From: an uncultured delta proteobacterium | Lineage (GTDB): Bacteria; Myxococcota_A; Polyangia; Fen-1088 | NCBI GenBank assembly: GCA_963767925.1 | Contig: CAVYGB010000006.1 | Coordinates: 1-64,000 of the forward strand | Direction of reading: 5' to 3' | Length of the DNA stretch: 64,000 bases | Shown here: piece after piece, positions 45,306 to 54,630 of the stretch | How positions within the stretch are numbered: position 1 is the stretch's first letter | Layout: every line of letters starts with the position of its first letter | Made by a program: the position numbers and the translations under genes | Notes under the pieces: generated by a model | Databases searched by the model: none | Seen by the model: only the letters and a program-made list of their open reading frames with translations | Told to the model about the DNA's origin: nothing

Positions 45306-46166
45306 TCAGGGGGTCTCCCGCACCACCTCGCGGGCGACCTTGTCGAAGCGCACGCCGAGCAGCCGGGGGTGGCGCAACTTCCCGTACCCGGTCCACTGGA
45401 TGAAGGCGACCTGCACGACGATCTCCGGGCGGGCCCAGTGGGCCCCCGTGCGCGGCAGGCCGATCGCCCGGGTGAAGGGCGGCGCCGGCACGGCGAGGGC
45501 ATCGAGCCGCGCGCGCAGGTCGAGCAGGAGGCGCGTGTCGAAGCCGGTGCCCACCTTGCCGGCGAAGACGAGGTCGTCGCCGTCGTAGTAGCCGACCAGC
45601 AGGGCCCCCAGCCCCACCCGGCGGCCCTGAGGGTCGGTGAACCCGCCGACAACCAGCTCCTGGCTGGCCTCGACCTTCATCTTCAGCCAGTGGGGGGAGC
45701 GGCGGTGCTCGTAGGGCGACTCGCGCCGCTTGGCGATCACCCCCTCCCAGCCTTCGCGGGCCGCCAGCAGCCAGGGCTCGGAGTCGTCGAGGGTCTCCAC
45801 CCGCGCGAGGGGCGGCGCCAGCGGCAGGGTCCGCAGCAGGGCCTGCCGCGCGTGCAGGGGCGCCGACATCGTCTCCCGACCATCGAGCCACAGGACGTCG
45901 AACACGTGGTAGGTGGCGCCGTCCCAGGAGACCTCGCCGTCGAGGATGGTCTCGCCCACCGGCAGGGCCGCCAGGGCGGCGGCCACGCCGGGGCAATCCT
46001 GCTCGAGCCGGTTGCGCGACAGCAGGCGCACCCGCGGGCCCTGCTTGAACGCCAGCAGCCGGATGCCGTCGAACTTCCGCTCGAAGATCCATTCGGGACC
46101 GGTGAACCGCTCCTGGGTCAAGGTCGCCGCCATCGGCACCACCCACTCGGGAAAGGCGACCGTCAT
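45306..46166 (-). CDS. ATP-dependent DNA ligase (LigC/LigD ligase-domain type)
   Basis: ERKFDG, ILDGE, FDVL, EGVIAK, WLKMK, VGTGF, LRHP. Confidence 0.92.
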   Translation of the reverse strand: MTVAFPEWVVPMAATLTQERFTGPEWIFERKFDGIRLLAFKQGPRVRLLSRNRLEQDCPGVAAALAALPVGETILDGEVSWDGATYHVFDVLWLDGRETMSAPLHARQALLRTLPLAPPLARVETLDDSEPWLLAAREGWEGVIAKRRESPYEHRRSPHWLKMKVEASQELVVGGFTDPQGRRVGLGALLVGYYDGDDLVFAGKVGTGFDTRLLLDLRARLDALAVPAPPFTRAIGLPRTGAHWARPEIVVQVAFIQWTGYGKLRHPRLLGVRFDKVAREVVRETP

Positions 46167-46326
46167 CGGCCCATCTTACGCTCTCGACCGTCGGCGACCG
46201 TCCGGCCTGCGGCCAGGCGCCGCGGGAGCCGGCCGCCATCCGGCCGCCGAGCCGCTCGATCCCGGAGATCCGCCGGGTTCTCTCGGCGATCCGGGCGGCA
46301 CGCCGGTTGCTGAACCCCGCGGCTGG

Positions 46327-46575
46327 ATGCGGATCATCCGCCGTTACGCCAACGGGAAGCTCTACGACGCTCTCCGCAGCCGGCACCTCAAGCTGCCGGA
46401 GGTGGCGGCCCTCGTCCGCCTCGGCGAGGACCTCCGCATCATCGAGCACCGGACCGAACGCGACGTCACCGCGATCGTCTTCGCCCAGATCCTCTACGAG
46501 GAGGAGAAGGAGGGCCCCCGCCTCTCGGTGGCCGAGCTGGCGCGTATCATCCGCGAGGGCTTTCGCGAAGACTGA
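46327..46575 (+). CDS. PhaR-like (PHB accumulation regulator N-terminal DNA-binding) protein
   Basis: RIIRRYANGKLYD..GEDLRII..DVTAIVFAQIL. Confidence 0.75.
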   Translation: MRIIRRYANGKLYDALRSRHLKLPEVAALVRLGEDLRIIEHRTERDVTAIVFAQILYEEEKEGPRLSVAELARIIREGFRED

Positions 46576-46606
46576 GGACCTTGTCGGCCATCGCCCTCGC
46601 GGGCGC

Positions 46607-48799
46607 TCAGCGGGCCGCGGCGGCCGCGGGGTCGGGAGCGGCGGTGGGCGCGCGCGGGTCGAGGTAGAGGCCCAGCTTCGCGATGGCGGGGGCGGGATCC
46701 GACTTGTCGATGCGCAGCCGCACCTTCCAGACCCGGGTGAGGGGGAAGCGGTGCACCTTGCTCGCGCCGATGGCCGTCCCCTCGGCGAGCGGCTTCCAGG
46801 CGCTCTCGACGAGGCCCTCGACCCGGTAGCCCTTCACCCGGCCGGTCATGCCGGCCGCCTCGCGCAGCTCGACGGCGTTGATGTCGAGGGCGCCCTCGGT
46901 ATCCAGCTCCAGCCGGGCCTCGCTGATGCCGTCGTCGGTGGCCCAGTGGGTCCCATCGTCGTCGTCGAGGGCCTGCCAGCCGGCGAACCGGCGCTCGCCG
47001 CCGCGCACGTTCGAGGTGGTCACCGGGCGATCCAGGGCGAGGTTCCCGCCGAGCGCGCTGGCCGGCGCACCGGGGCCGGCCGGACCAGCCGCGCCGAGGG
47101 CGGCGGTCTTCACCGGCGCGCCGCTCTTCAGGCTCGTGGAGGTGTAGCCGAGGTTCCGCAGCGCCCGGGTGCCGAGCCGCTCGGCGAGCTGGGCCAGGTA
47201 CAGGCTCTCGGGCGCCACGTGGGTCCCGTGCGCGTCCTTCAGGGCCTCGGGCATCATCGGGCCCGAGCCGAACGGGCGCGGCGCCAGCTTGCTCTCGCCG
47301 ATGTTGCCGATCATCCAGTTGATGGCGCCGGGCGGGTTCTGGACGATGTAGTCCTTCGCCTCGGAGTTCCAGACCACGCCCCAGCCCATCGACCAGCCGT
47401 GGCCCGACCCCATCGACCCGCGGTTGCGCAGCTCGATGCCGCCGTCGGGGGCCCGGCAGTTGTCGTAGAGGATGCCGGTCGACCAGCGCTGGTGCGACTC
47501 GGCCCGGGCGTTGCCGAGGAAGGTGGAGTTGAGGACCACGACCGGGCCAGCGTGACGGGCCCCGGTGGCGACGAACCAGATGTTGTCTCCGGTGACCGAG
47601 ACCCGATCGAGCAGGATCTGGCTGCCGTTGGGGGCGAACTCGGCCGGCTTGGAGGCCCCCTGGTGCTTGGCCTTGCGCCGGACCGACACCTGCTGGAACG
47701 TGATGCGCCGGCCGCCGATGCCGACGCTGCCCATGGTCTCGTCGATGGCCACGTCGCGCACCCAGCCGTCTTCGCCCTGGAAGCGGATCGCCGAGAAGTG
47801 CGACTGGGAGTGGCTGATCTCCTGGGGCGGCGACTCGATGTGGAGCTGCTCGATGCCGACCTGGCTGACCCGCGCCGGAGGGCGGATCTCGACAAGGGTG
47901 GCGCCGGTGGGCGCGAGGTGGCGGGCATCGAGCGCGTCGGTCAGCGGGACGTCGAGGGTGACCTTCTTGCCCGCGACGGCCTTGACCGTCCGCTCGGTGG
48001 TCAAGATCGTGCCCGGGCGGATCCAGGTCTGGCGGTTCCCGCCGCGGGTCATGTCGTCCATCCCCATGAACTTCACCCAGGCCTCGGTGACCGGCCGGCG
48101 GACCAGGACGGTGTCGCCGGCCGCGAGCCCGCTGGCGTCGGCGACCGAGAGGGCGGTCGCGCCCGAGGGGACGTAGGCATCGGTGATGGCGCGCTCGGGC
48201 CCGACCGTCTCGGGGTCGCCCCCGCCGCCGTTGCCGCCCCCGCCCGCGCGCACGCGGATTGCGGTGTGGGGTTTGCCAGCGAGCTTGAGCGTGGTCCGAT
48301 TCTTCCCGGCCTCGCTGCCGCTCCCGCGCAGCACGACCCCGCTCGCGGAGATGTCGATCGGGCCGGCGAGGGTGAACACGCCGGGAGCCAGCCGCACGGC
48401 GCCGCGGTGTTTGCCCCGCAGCGGCAGGGCCGACACCTCGTCGATGGCGGCCTGGATGAGGGCGGTGTCGTCCGCGCCGCCGGAGGGCTTCACCGTCTTC
48501 TTGACCGGAACGGTCGGGAGCGCGACGCCGCCCCCCATGTACCCGGCGTGGGAGAAGTCGAGGATGCGGTCGCCGGCCGGGGTGGTCTTGTAGCGGAGCT
48601 TGCCGTCGGGCCCGCGGTAGACCCACTCGCTGGTGGCGGTCTCGGCCGCGGCCAGGGGCAAGGTTCCGAGCGCGAGGGCCAGGGCGAGAGCGCACCCGGC
48701 CAGCAAGACGCCGCCCCGCCGCCGCCGCGCATCGCGCGGTCTTTCCAGGGGCGATCGAGCCGGCGAACCACGCAAGGACGGGGTGCGGTACATGGCCAT
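46607..48799 (-). CDS. Secreted pectate-lyase-like beta-helix protein with C-terminal discoidin (F5/8) domain
   Basis: Signal peptide, DFSHAGYMGG, DDTALIQAAID, SHQRWSTGILYDN, NLALDRPVTTS..ALD..THWA. Confidence 0.75.
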   Translation of the reverse strand: MAMYRTPSLRGSPARSPLERPRDARRRRGGVLLAGCALALALALGTLPLAAAETATSEWVYRGPDGKLRYKTTPAGDRILDFSHAGYMGGGVALPTVPVKKTVKPSGGADDTALIQAAIDEVSALPLRGKHRGAVRLAPGVFTLAGPIDISASGVVLRGSGSEAGKNRTTLKLAGKPHTAIRVRAGGGGNGGGGDPETVGPERAITDAYVPSGATALSVADASGLAAGDTVLVRRPVTEAWVKFMGMDDMTRGGNRQTWIRPGTILTTERTVKAVAGKKVTLDVPLTDALDARHLAPTGATLVEIRPPARVSQVGIEQLHIESPPQEISHSQSHFSAIRFQGEDGWVRDVAIDETMGSVGIGGRRITFQQVSVRRKAKHQGASKPAEFAPNGSQILLDRVSVTGDNIWFVATGARHAGPVVVLNSTFLGNARAESHQRWSTGILYDNCRAPDGGIELRNRGSMGSGHGWSMGWGVVWNSEAKDYIVQNPPGAINWMIGNIGESKLAPRPFGSGPMMPEALKDAHGTHVAPESLYLAQLAERLGTRALRNLGYTSTSLKSGAPVKTAALGAAGPAGPGAPASALGGNLALDRPVTTSNVRGGERRFAGWQALDDDDGTHWATDDGISEARLELDTEGALDINAVELREAAGMTGRVKGYRVEGLVESAWKPLAEGTAIGASKVHRFPLTRVWKVRLRIDKSDPAPAIAKLGLYLDPRAPTAAPDPAAAAAR

Positions 48800-49007
48800 A
48801 CCTACAATACCGCGTCCCGCGGGTTTTCAATGATGCCGCTGATCCGCGCCTTCGCTGCGGTCGGACGGCGAGCGCGCGCGGCGTCGAGCGCGCCGAGCTC
48901 GAGAGGCAGCGCACGGCGACGAGCGCCGAATGCCGAGGCGCGGGCGGCGGATCGCCCGCTGGCGCGGAACCGGCGCGGGGGCGGCCCCGGGCAGAGTGGG
49001 CCCGCCG

Positions 49008-50786
49008 TCAGTGGCAGGTCTGCTTGCGGTTGTACGTGTACGGCGACGACGGGGCCTGGCCGGCGGCGGCGCAGGTGCCGCAGACCTTGTAGGGACCCGG
49101 GACGCCGCAGTCGACCGCGTCGGTGAAGCCGTCGCTCGGCTGGCAGAAGCAGAAGAAGACCTCGCCCCGCCCTCCCCCGGTGCATTGCACCGAACAGTTC
49201 AGGCCAGCGGTCTGGCCGGCGCTCGAGCAGGTTGCGGTGGGGGTGCCGCAGCTGAAGAGAGCCTCCCCGCTCTTGCAGAACTTGCAGACCGAGCCGAGGC
49301 TCTCGGGCAGTCCCTTGGCGATCTTGCCGTCGCAGTCGTAGTCGTAGGTCCCCCTGGCCTTGCTGGCCACGTCGAAGAAGGCGGCCTGGCCCGGCTTGGC
49401 GTTGCCATCGCCGTCGTCGCAGTCGGTCGCCTTCGACACGAACCCGGCGGGCGAGGCATCGGCGCAGGCGGCCTGGGCGCCCCCGTTGAGCAAGGTGCCG
49501 AACTTGTCGCCCACCCCGTCGCCGTCGGCGTCCTTGTAGAAGACCTGGCAGGCCACGCCGGCGTTGCAGGTCACCCCTGGACACTTGCACTTGCCCGGCG
49601 TCTCGCTGCAGGTGAAGGGCGACTCGCAGGCGCTGTTGCAGCAGACCTTGTTGCCCGGATCGCCGGCACAGTGACCACTGCGGCACTCGTCGCCGGTGAC
49701 GCAGCCGAGGCCATCGCCCTTCTTGGGCGCGCACTGGTTGCTGGCGTTGCAGTAGGTCTTTTCCTTCTGGCAGTCCTCGTGGGCGGCGCAGCGGGTGTTG
49801 CAGGCCCCCTCGGCGCAGGCGTAGTCGACGCAGGCGTTCAGGGCCGGGGTGCAGCTCCCCTGCCCGTCGCAGGTCATGGCTGCCACCTCGTCATCGGCGC
49901 TGCACCATTTGTTGCCGCAGGCCTTCTCGGTGCCGGGGTAGCGGCAGGCCCGGTTGCCGTTGCAGGTGCCGGCGCACTGCTGGTTCGAGCCCTGGAAGCC
50001 GCCGTCGGGCGGCCGGATGCCGCCGTCGGCGGGGCCGCCGTCGCTGGTCGGGGCGTCGGGGCCGCTGCCCGCGTCGGGCGGCGGGGGCGGGCCACACTGC
50101 ATCTTCGGATCGGTGCCGTCGGGGGCCGGATCGCAGCGCCCGCGCTGGCCGGCCAGGCACGACTCGCAGGTGCCGGGGCAGGCGCTGTTGCAGCAGACGC
50201 CCTCCACGCAGAAGTCGCTGGTGCACTCGGCGCGGGCGGTGCAGGTCTCGCCGTTGGCCTTGCGGCCGCTGGGATCGACGGGCGCGTCGCCCGGCCCATC
50301 GGCGCCGCCGTCGCCGGCCCCGGCCGCCAGGGTGATGAGGGCGGCGACCGCCTTGCCCGGCGTGAGGCTCAGGGCGTTGGAGGTCCGCCCCGCGGCCAGC
50401 ACCGCGCCGGCGGCGTCGAGGGCCTCGAAGGCCAGGGTCATCGTGCCGCTGTCGCTGGCCGGGATGAAGCGAAAGCGCAGCTCGCCGCCGCCGAGGGCGG
50501 CGCCGTCGATCGGCACCGGGCGCACCACCGCGCTGGCGCCCGGCTTCTGGGCGGTGAGCACCCCCCGGGCGATGCGGGATCGGGTGGCGGCAGCCACTCC
50601 GCGGAGGTCGACGGTGACGTTGACGCCGAAGCCGTCGGGTGGGGCCGCCGCCTTCGCGCAGGCCCCCGCGGCCACTGCGGCCAGCAGGCAGGCAACCACG
50701 GCGCGTGGCAGGCGGCCCGTCGCCACCGCGCCACCGCGCCGGCGCGCGGCTCGACCACCGAGAGCGCGTGGCAGGCGGCCTCTCAC
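49008..50786 (-). CDS. Cys-rich myxobacterial lipoprotein
   Basis: AAGAC lipobox, CVEGVCCNSAC repeats, YKDADGDG..DCDD..DYDCDG motif. GTG start overlaps the TPR gene stop. Confidence 0.8.
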   Translation of the reverse strand: MRGRLPRALGGRAARRRGGAVATGRLPRAVVACLLAAVAAGACAKAAAPPDGFGVNVTVDLRGVAAATRSRIARGVLTAQKPGASAVVRPVPIDGAALGGGELRFRFIPASDSGTMTLAFEALDAAGAVLAAGRTSNALSLTPGKAVAALITLAAGAGDGGADGPGDAPVDPSGRKANGETCTARAECTSDFCVEGVCCNSACPGTCESCLAGQRGRCDPAPDGTDPKMQCGPPPPPDAGSGPDAPTSDGGPADGGIRPPDGGFQGSNQQCAGTCNGNRACRYPGTEKACGNKWCSADDEVAAMTCDGQGSCTPALNACVDYACAEGACNTRCAAHEDCQKEKTYCNASNQCAPKKGDGLGCVTGDECRSGHCAGDPGNKVCCNSACESPFTCSETPGKCKCPGVTCNAGVACQVFYKDADGDGVGDKFGTLLNGGAQAACADASPAGFVSKATDCDDGDGNAKPGQAAFFDVASKARGTYDYDCDGKIAKGLPESLGSVCKFCKSGEALFSCGTPTATCSSAGQTAGLNCSVQCTGGGRGEVFFCFCQPSDGFTDAVDCGVPGPYKVCGTCAAAGQAPSSPYTYNRKQTCH

Positions 50787-51439
50787 CACCGGGCCACCGC
50801 GCCGCTGCGCAGCTCGCGCACCTCGGGCAGGTTGTTCCAGGCGCCGCCGTCGCCCGAGGCGGCCACCACCGCCACCACGACGACGGCCACCGCCACTGCC
50901 CCGCCGACCGCGCCCCAGAACCAGGCCTTCTTGTACAGGGGCCGCTCCTCGGGCACCGGCGCGGCCGCCGTCAGGACGGGCGGCTCGCTCGCCACCGGGG
51001 GCGGCAGGGCTGCGGTCAGGATCGGGAGCGGGGCGGGTGCAGCCACCGGCGCGGGCGCCGCGGGCGGCGGCGCGGTGGCGGCGGCCCGCTCGACCTCGAT
51101 CTGCTTTTCCAGCCGGGCGATCTGCCCGCGAACGCTCTCGGCGTTCTCGACGTCGGGGTAAAACAGCAGGTAGTTGCGGTAGAGGGTGAGCGCGCGGTCG
51201 GTCTTGCCGCCGAGCCGGAGCGCCTGGGCGGCGTTGAACAGCAGCGCCGGATCGGCCTTGAGCTTGTACGCGCTCTGGTAGGCCTCCGCGGCGGCGTCGT
51301 ATTCGCCGAGCGCGTAGTGGGCCTGACCCTTCTTGAACAGCTCCTTGGCCGCGCTGGCGTCGTCGGCGCGCGCCGCTGCGCCCGGCGCCAGCCAGCAGGC
51401 CACCACCAGACACCCCACCCACGACAGCCGAACACCCAT
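50783..51439 (-). CDS. Secreted TPR protein with C-terminal membrane anchor
   Basis: AKELFKKGQAHY..Y..A..LLFNAAQA, PLYKKAWFWG plus a TM helix. Confidence 0.85.
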   Translation of the reverse strand: MGVRLSWVGCLVVACWLAPGAAARADDASAAKELFKKGQAHYALGEYDAAAEAYQSAYKLKADPALLFNAAQALRLGGKTDRALTLYRNYLLFYPDVENAESVRGQIARLEKQIEVERAAATAPPPAAPAPVAAPAPLPILTAALPPPVASEPPVLTAAAPVPEERPLYKKAWFWGAVGGAVAVAVVVVAVVAASGDGGAWNNLPEVRELRSGAVARW

Positions 51440-51702
51440 GGCCTTTTTACCGTACCAGAGCTGCATTCTCCTGAACACACGGGAGAGGGTCCCTCCGCAG
51501 GAAACGCGCGCGCCCGCGGCGCCACACATTCACCCCGCGCCGCCCGCGATGCAGGCGCCTGTGGGCAAGCGCGCCAGGCGGCGCGCGCGGGGGGTCCCGG
51601 CCGAATACGGGCCCGACCCGGGCGCCTGGGCCGCGCGAAAGTGCTCAACTATTTCGCCAGGTTGGCGCCCCCGGGAGGCGACCGAAAAAAAGCTGGCCGG
51701 CC

Positions 51703-51729
51703 TGTCGATCGGAGGCGGCCTCGTTCGAC
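51703..51729 (+). promoter_or_regulatory. Putative ECF42 promoter TGTCGA-N17-CGAC
   Basis: Upstream of the YciI gene, preceded by GAAAAAAA. Confidence 0.75.
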
Positions 51730-51810
51730 GCTCAGGCGGAGGCGGCGTTCAGACCACCTCCCAACCCGGACCAGACAACCCAGCTCAGACCCCGAACCAA
51801 GGAGAAGACG

Positions 51811-52233
51811 ATGCGATTCATGGTGATTGTCAAAGCGAACGGTGAGACCGAGTCGAGTGCCCTCCCCAGCCCGAAGGACCTGGAGGACATGGGCAAATAC
51901 AACGAGGCGCTGGTGAAGGCCGGCGTGATGCTGGCAGGCGAAGGCCTGCACCCCAGCGCCAAGGGCGCCCGCGTCCGCTTCGACGGCAGCCGCCGCACGG
52001 TGATCGACGGGCCCTTCACCGAGAGCAAGGAGCTGGTCGCCGGTTACTGGCTGTGGCAGGTCAAGTCGCGCGACGAGGCCATCGAGTGGCTCAAGCGCGC
52101 CCCCTTCCAGGAGGGCGAGGTGGAGATCCGCCAGGTGTTCGAGACCGAGGAGTTCGCGGAGGTCGACCCCACCGGCGAGCTGCGCAAGAAGGAAGAGGAG
52201 CTCCGCAAAGTTGTCGAATCCCGCAAGGCCTGA
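51811..52233 (+). CDS. YciI/DGPF family protein
   Basis: MRFMVIVKA, GEGLHPS, DGPFTESKELVAGYW. Confidence 0.93.
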   Translation: MRFMVIVKANGETESSALPSPKDLEDMGKYNEALVKAGVMLAGEGLHPSAKGARVRFDGSRRTVIDGPFTESKELVAGYWLWQVKSRDEAIEWLKRAPFQEGEVEIRQVFETEEFAEVDPTGELRKKEEELRKVVESRKA

Positions 52234-52591
52234 TCCCCCACCCCCTCGCCCGGGCGGGAGCTCAGCGAGGAGGAGGTGCGCGCGGCCTGGTGGAAACGCA
52301 CTCTCGAGGCCCCCCAGGCTCCCCTCGAGGCCGCCGACCGTCACCGACAGCGGCTGGGTGATCGGCCTGGGTCGGGTGAGCCGCCGGCTGTTCCCCCGCG
52401 CCGCACCCCGCCCCTGCGCGCGGTGATCCGGGCCCAGGGGACGCAACGCCTGCTGATCCGGCGGATGCCAATGTCCGCCCTCTCGGTCGGCCAGGCCGTT
52501 GTTGAGCCGGCAAAGCGGCGGCCAGGCCACGGCCAGGCCTGGCCAGGCTGTTGTCAGGTCTGCCCGCCGACTCGGCGAAGACCGGCCGCGC

Positions 52592-53266
52592 TCACAGAGG
52601 GGTCTTGGGAGACTCGGTGGGGTCGATGAGGCCGCGGCGGCGCCAGCCGACGGTGGCTAGCCAGGTGCGGGGCACGCTGGTGACCGGGGGATCGGTCGTC
52701 GCCGCGAGGGGGACGCGAAAGCCGTCGAACCAGGGGGCCGAGGAGCAGGGGTCGATGTTCCCGCGATCGGCCAGGCCGTGTTTTTTGTGGTTCATCAAAA
52801 CGTAGACGAGCGCGTTGCGTACTTCCCGCGGCGTCCCCAGCTCGCGCGCGTGATACCGGTCGGCCCAGAGGCCTCCGCTGCGCTGGCAGACCCGGTTGAT
52901 GGCCAGCGCGCTCCGGATCACCAGCCCCCGCGCTCCGGAAGACAGCGCCGCCCTGTCCTCCGCCTCGACCAGCAGGTGCACGTGGTCGGCCTGCACCGAG
53001 AACTGCACCACCCGGAAGACCGCTGAGCTCGACGCGCGAAAGCAGTCCCGCAACGTCCTGAAGACCCGCTTGCTCCGCAGCGAGACCAGCCCCGCCCTGG
53101 CCCGCAAGGTCACGTGCAGCGGATGGGCGCCTTTGTGGGGCGCCCGCGCTCGATGGGGCGCCGGTCGCCTCCGTCCTGGAATCGGGGGCCGCCCGGCCCC
53201 CTTCCGTCGTCCGCCCCACCCGGCCGTCCAGGGCAAGGCGAGCTGGGCGCGACGTTGGTGGTCCAC
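52592..53266 (-). CDS. REP-associated tyrosine transposase (RAYT, Y1 HUH; start uncertain)
   Basis: HVTLR, DHVHLLVE (HUH), LWADRYH, YVLMN (catalytic Tyr). REP-like hairpins on both sides. Confidence 0.88.
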   Translation of the reverse strand: MDHQRRAQLALPWTAGWGGRRKGAGRPPIPGRRRPAPHRARAPHKGAHPLHVTLRARAGLVSLRSKRVFRTLRDCFRASSSAVFRVVQFSVQADHVHLLVEAEDRAALSSGARGLVIRSALAINRVCQRSGGLWADRYHARELGTPREVRNALVYVLMNHKKHGLADRGNIDPCSSAPWFDGFRVPLAATTDPPVTSVPRTWLATVGWRRRGLIDPTESPKTPL

Positions 53267-53304
53267 ATGCCCACAGCCCCAACTGCTACTCAGCTTCGCG
53301 TTTT

Positions 53305-53334
53305 CAGAGGCAGAGGCAGAGGCAGAGGCAGAGG
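53305..53334 (+). repeat. (CAGAGG)x5 microsatellite
   Basis: Five perfect copies, followed by a REP-arm-like GCGGGGAGGGGTGG. Confidence 0.9.
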
Positions 53335-53402
53335 CGAGCGGGGAGGGGTGGAGATTCGTGTCGGGGGCGGGGGCCCGAGGAGGCGGCCGCCGCTGACCAG
53401 TT

Positions 53403-53453
53403 CCCTCTCCCCGCGGCGGACGGCGGGGTGAGGGCAAGCGGGCGGGGGTGAGG
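53403..53453. repeat. REP-like hairpin upstream of RAYT
   Basis: CCCTCTCCCCGC-N8-GCGGGGTGAGGG followed by GGGGGTGAGG. Confidence 0.75.
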
Positions 53454-53497
53454 CGGTGATTGGTGCGGGGGGAGCGCTGCCGGACGGGTGGCGCTGG

Positions 53498-54595
53498 TCA
53501 GGGGCGGGGGTGGAGGCGGGGGGAGCGGAGGGTGGTGTCGGTTTCTTCGACGAGGGTGCGGAGGAGGTCGGCGGCGGGGAGGGGGCGGGTCAGGGCGGCG
53601 GATTGGCCGGCCCACATGGCGAGGCGGTCGGTGCGGCCGGCGGTGGCGGCGGCCCGGCGCATGGGGAGCATGAGGGCGCCCTGGGCGGGATAGGGGAGGA
53701 TGTCTTCGGGGTGGGCGTCGAGGGTCGACATCAGGTCATTGACCAGGCCGCGGGCGTGGCGGCCGGAGAGGGCGCGGGTGATGCGCGTGCGGCGGGCGGC
53801 GGGGTGGCCGAGCAGGGCTTTGAAGGCGGGGGACGCGGCTGACTCGGGGGTGGCGAGGAAGGCGGTCCCGATCTGGACGCCCGCTGCGCCGAGGGCGAGG
53901 GCGGCGGCGATGCCGGCGCCGTCGGCGATGCCACCGGCGGCCACCACCGGGCAGTGCACGGCCCGGGCGACCTGCGGCACCAGCGACAGGGTCCCCACCA
54001 GGGCCTCGAGGGCCGGCGCCAGGAACGAGCCGCGGTGGCCGCCGGCCTCGCTGCCCGAGGCCACCACCACGTCGACCCCGGCCGCCTCCAGCGCGACCGC
54101 CTCCTCCACCGTTGTCGCGGTCCCGACCGTCCGGATGCCGCGCCGGCGGGCCTCGGTGAGGATCGCGGCGTCGGGGATGCCCATGATGAAGCTGAAGACG
54201 GGGGGGCGTGCTTCCAGCAGCGCGTCCACCTGCTCGGGGAAGGCCTGGGCCCCGGTGGCGGCGGGCAATTCGGGCGGGGGGAGCCCCAGCTCATCGAAGT
54301 AGGGACGGAGGCGGGCGGCGGCCCGGCGGACGAGATCCGCCGGCGGGGTCTCCCGCTCTCCGCCGAGCGGGACCCAGAGGTTCACGGCGAAGGGCCGGCG
54401 CGTGCGGGCGGCGATCTCTCGCGCGGTGGCCCGGATCTCGTCGGGCGTCATCCCGACCGCGCCGAAGCCGCCCAGGCCACCCGCGTCGGAGACGGCCGCG
54501 ACAAGCTCGGGGGTGGAGAAGCCCCCGCCGAAGGGCCCCTGCAAGATCGGGTATTCGATGCCGAGGGCCGCGGTCAGGCCGGTGCGGGTCCACAT
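53498..54595 (-). CDS. Nitronate monooxygenase family flavoprotein
   Basis: PILQGPFGGG..VSDAGGLG, EAGGHRGSF, AAGGIADG, QIGTAFL, WAGQ. Confidence 0.92.
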   Translation of the reverse strand: MWTRTGLTAALGIEYPILQGPFGGGFSTPELVAAVSDAGGLGGFGAVGMTPDEIRATAREIAARTRRPFAVNLWVPLGGERETPPADLVRRAAARLRPYFDELGLPPPELPAATGAQAFPEQVDALLEARPPVFSFIMGIPDAAILTEARRRGIRTVGTATTVEEAVALEAAGVDVVVASGSEAGGHRGSFLAPALEALVGTLSLVPQVARAVHCPVVAAGGIADGAGIAAALALGAAGVQIGTAFLATPESAASPAFKALLGHPAARRTRITRALSGRHARGLVNDLMSTLDAHPEDILPYPAQGALMLPMRRAAATAGRTDRLAMWAGQSAALTRPLPAADLLRTLVEETDTTLRSPRLHPRP

Positions 54596-54630
54596 TCGCC
54601 CGGATTACGCCATCGCGAGGAAAAGCTCAA

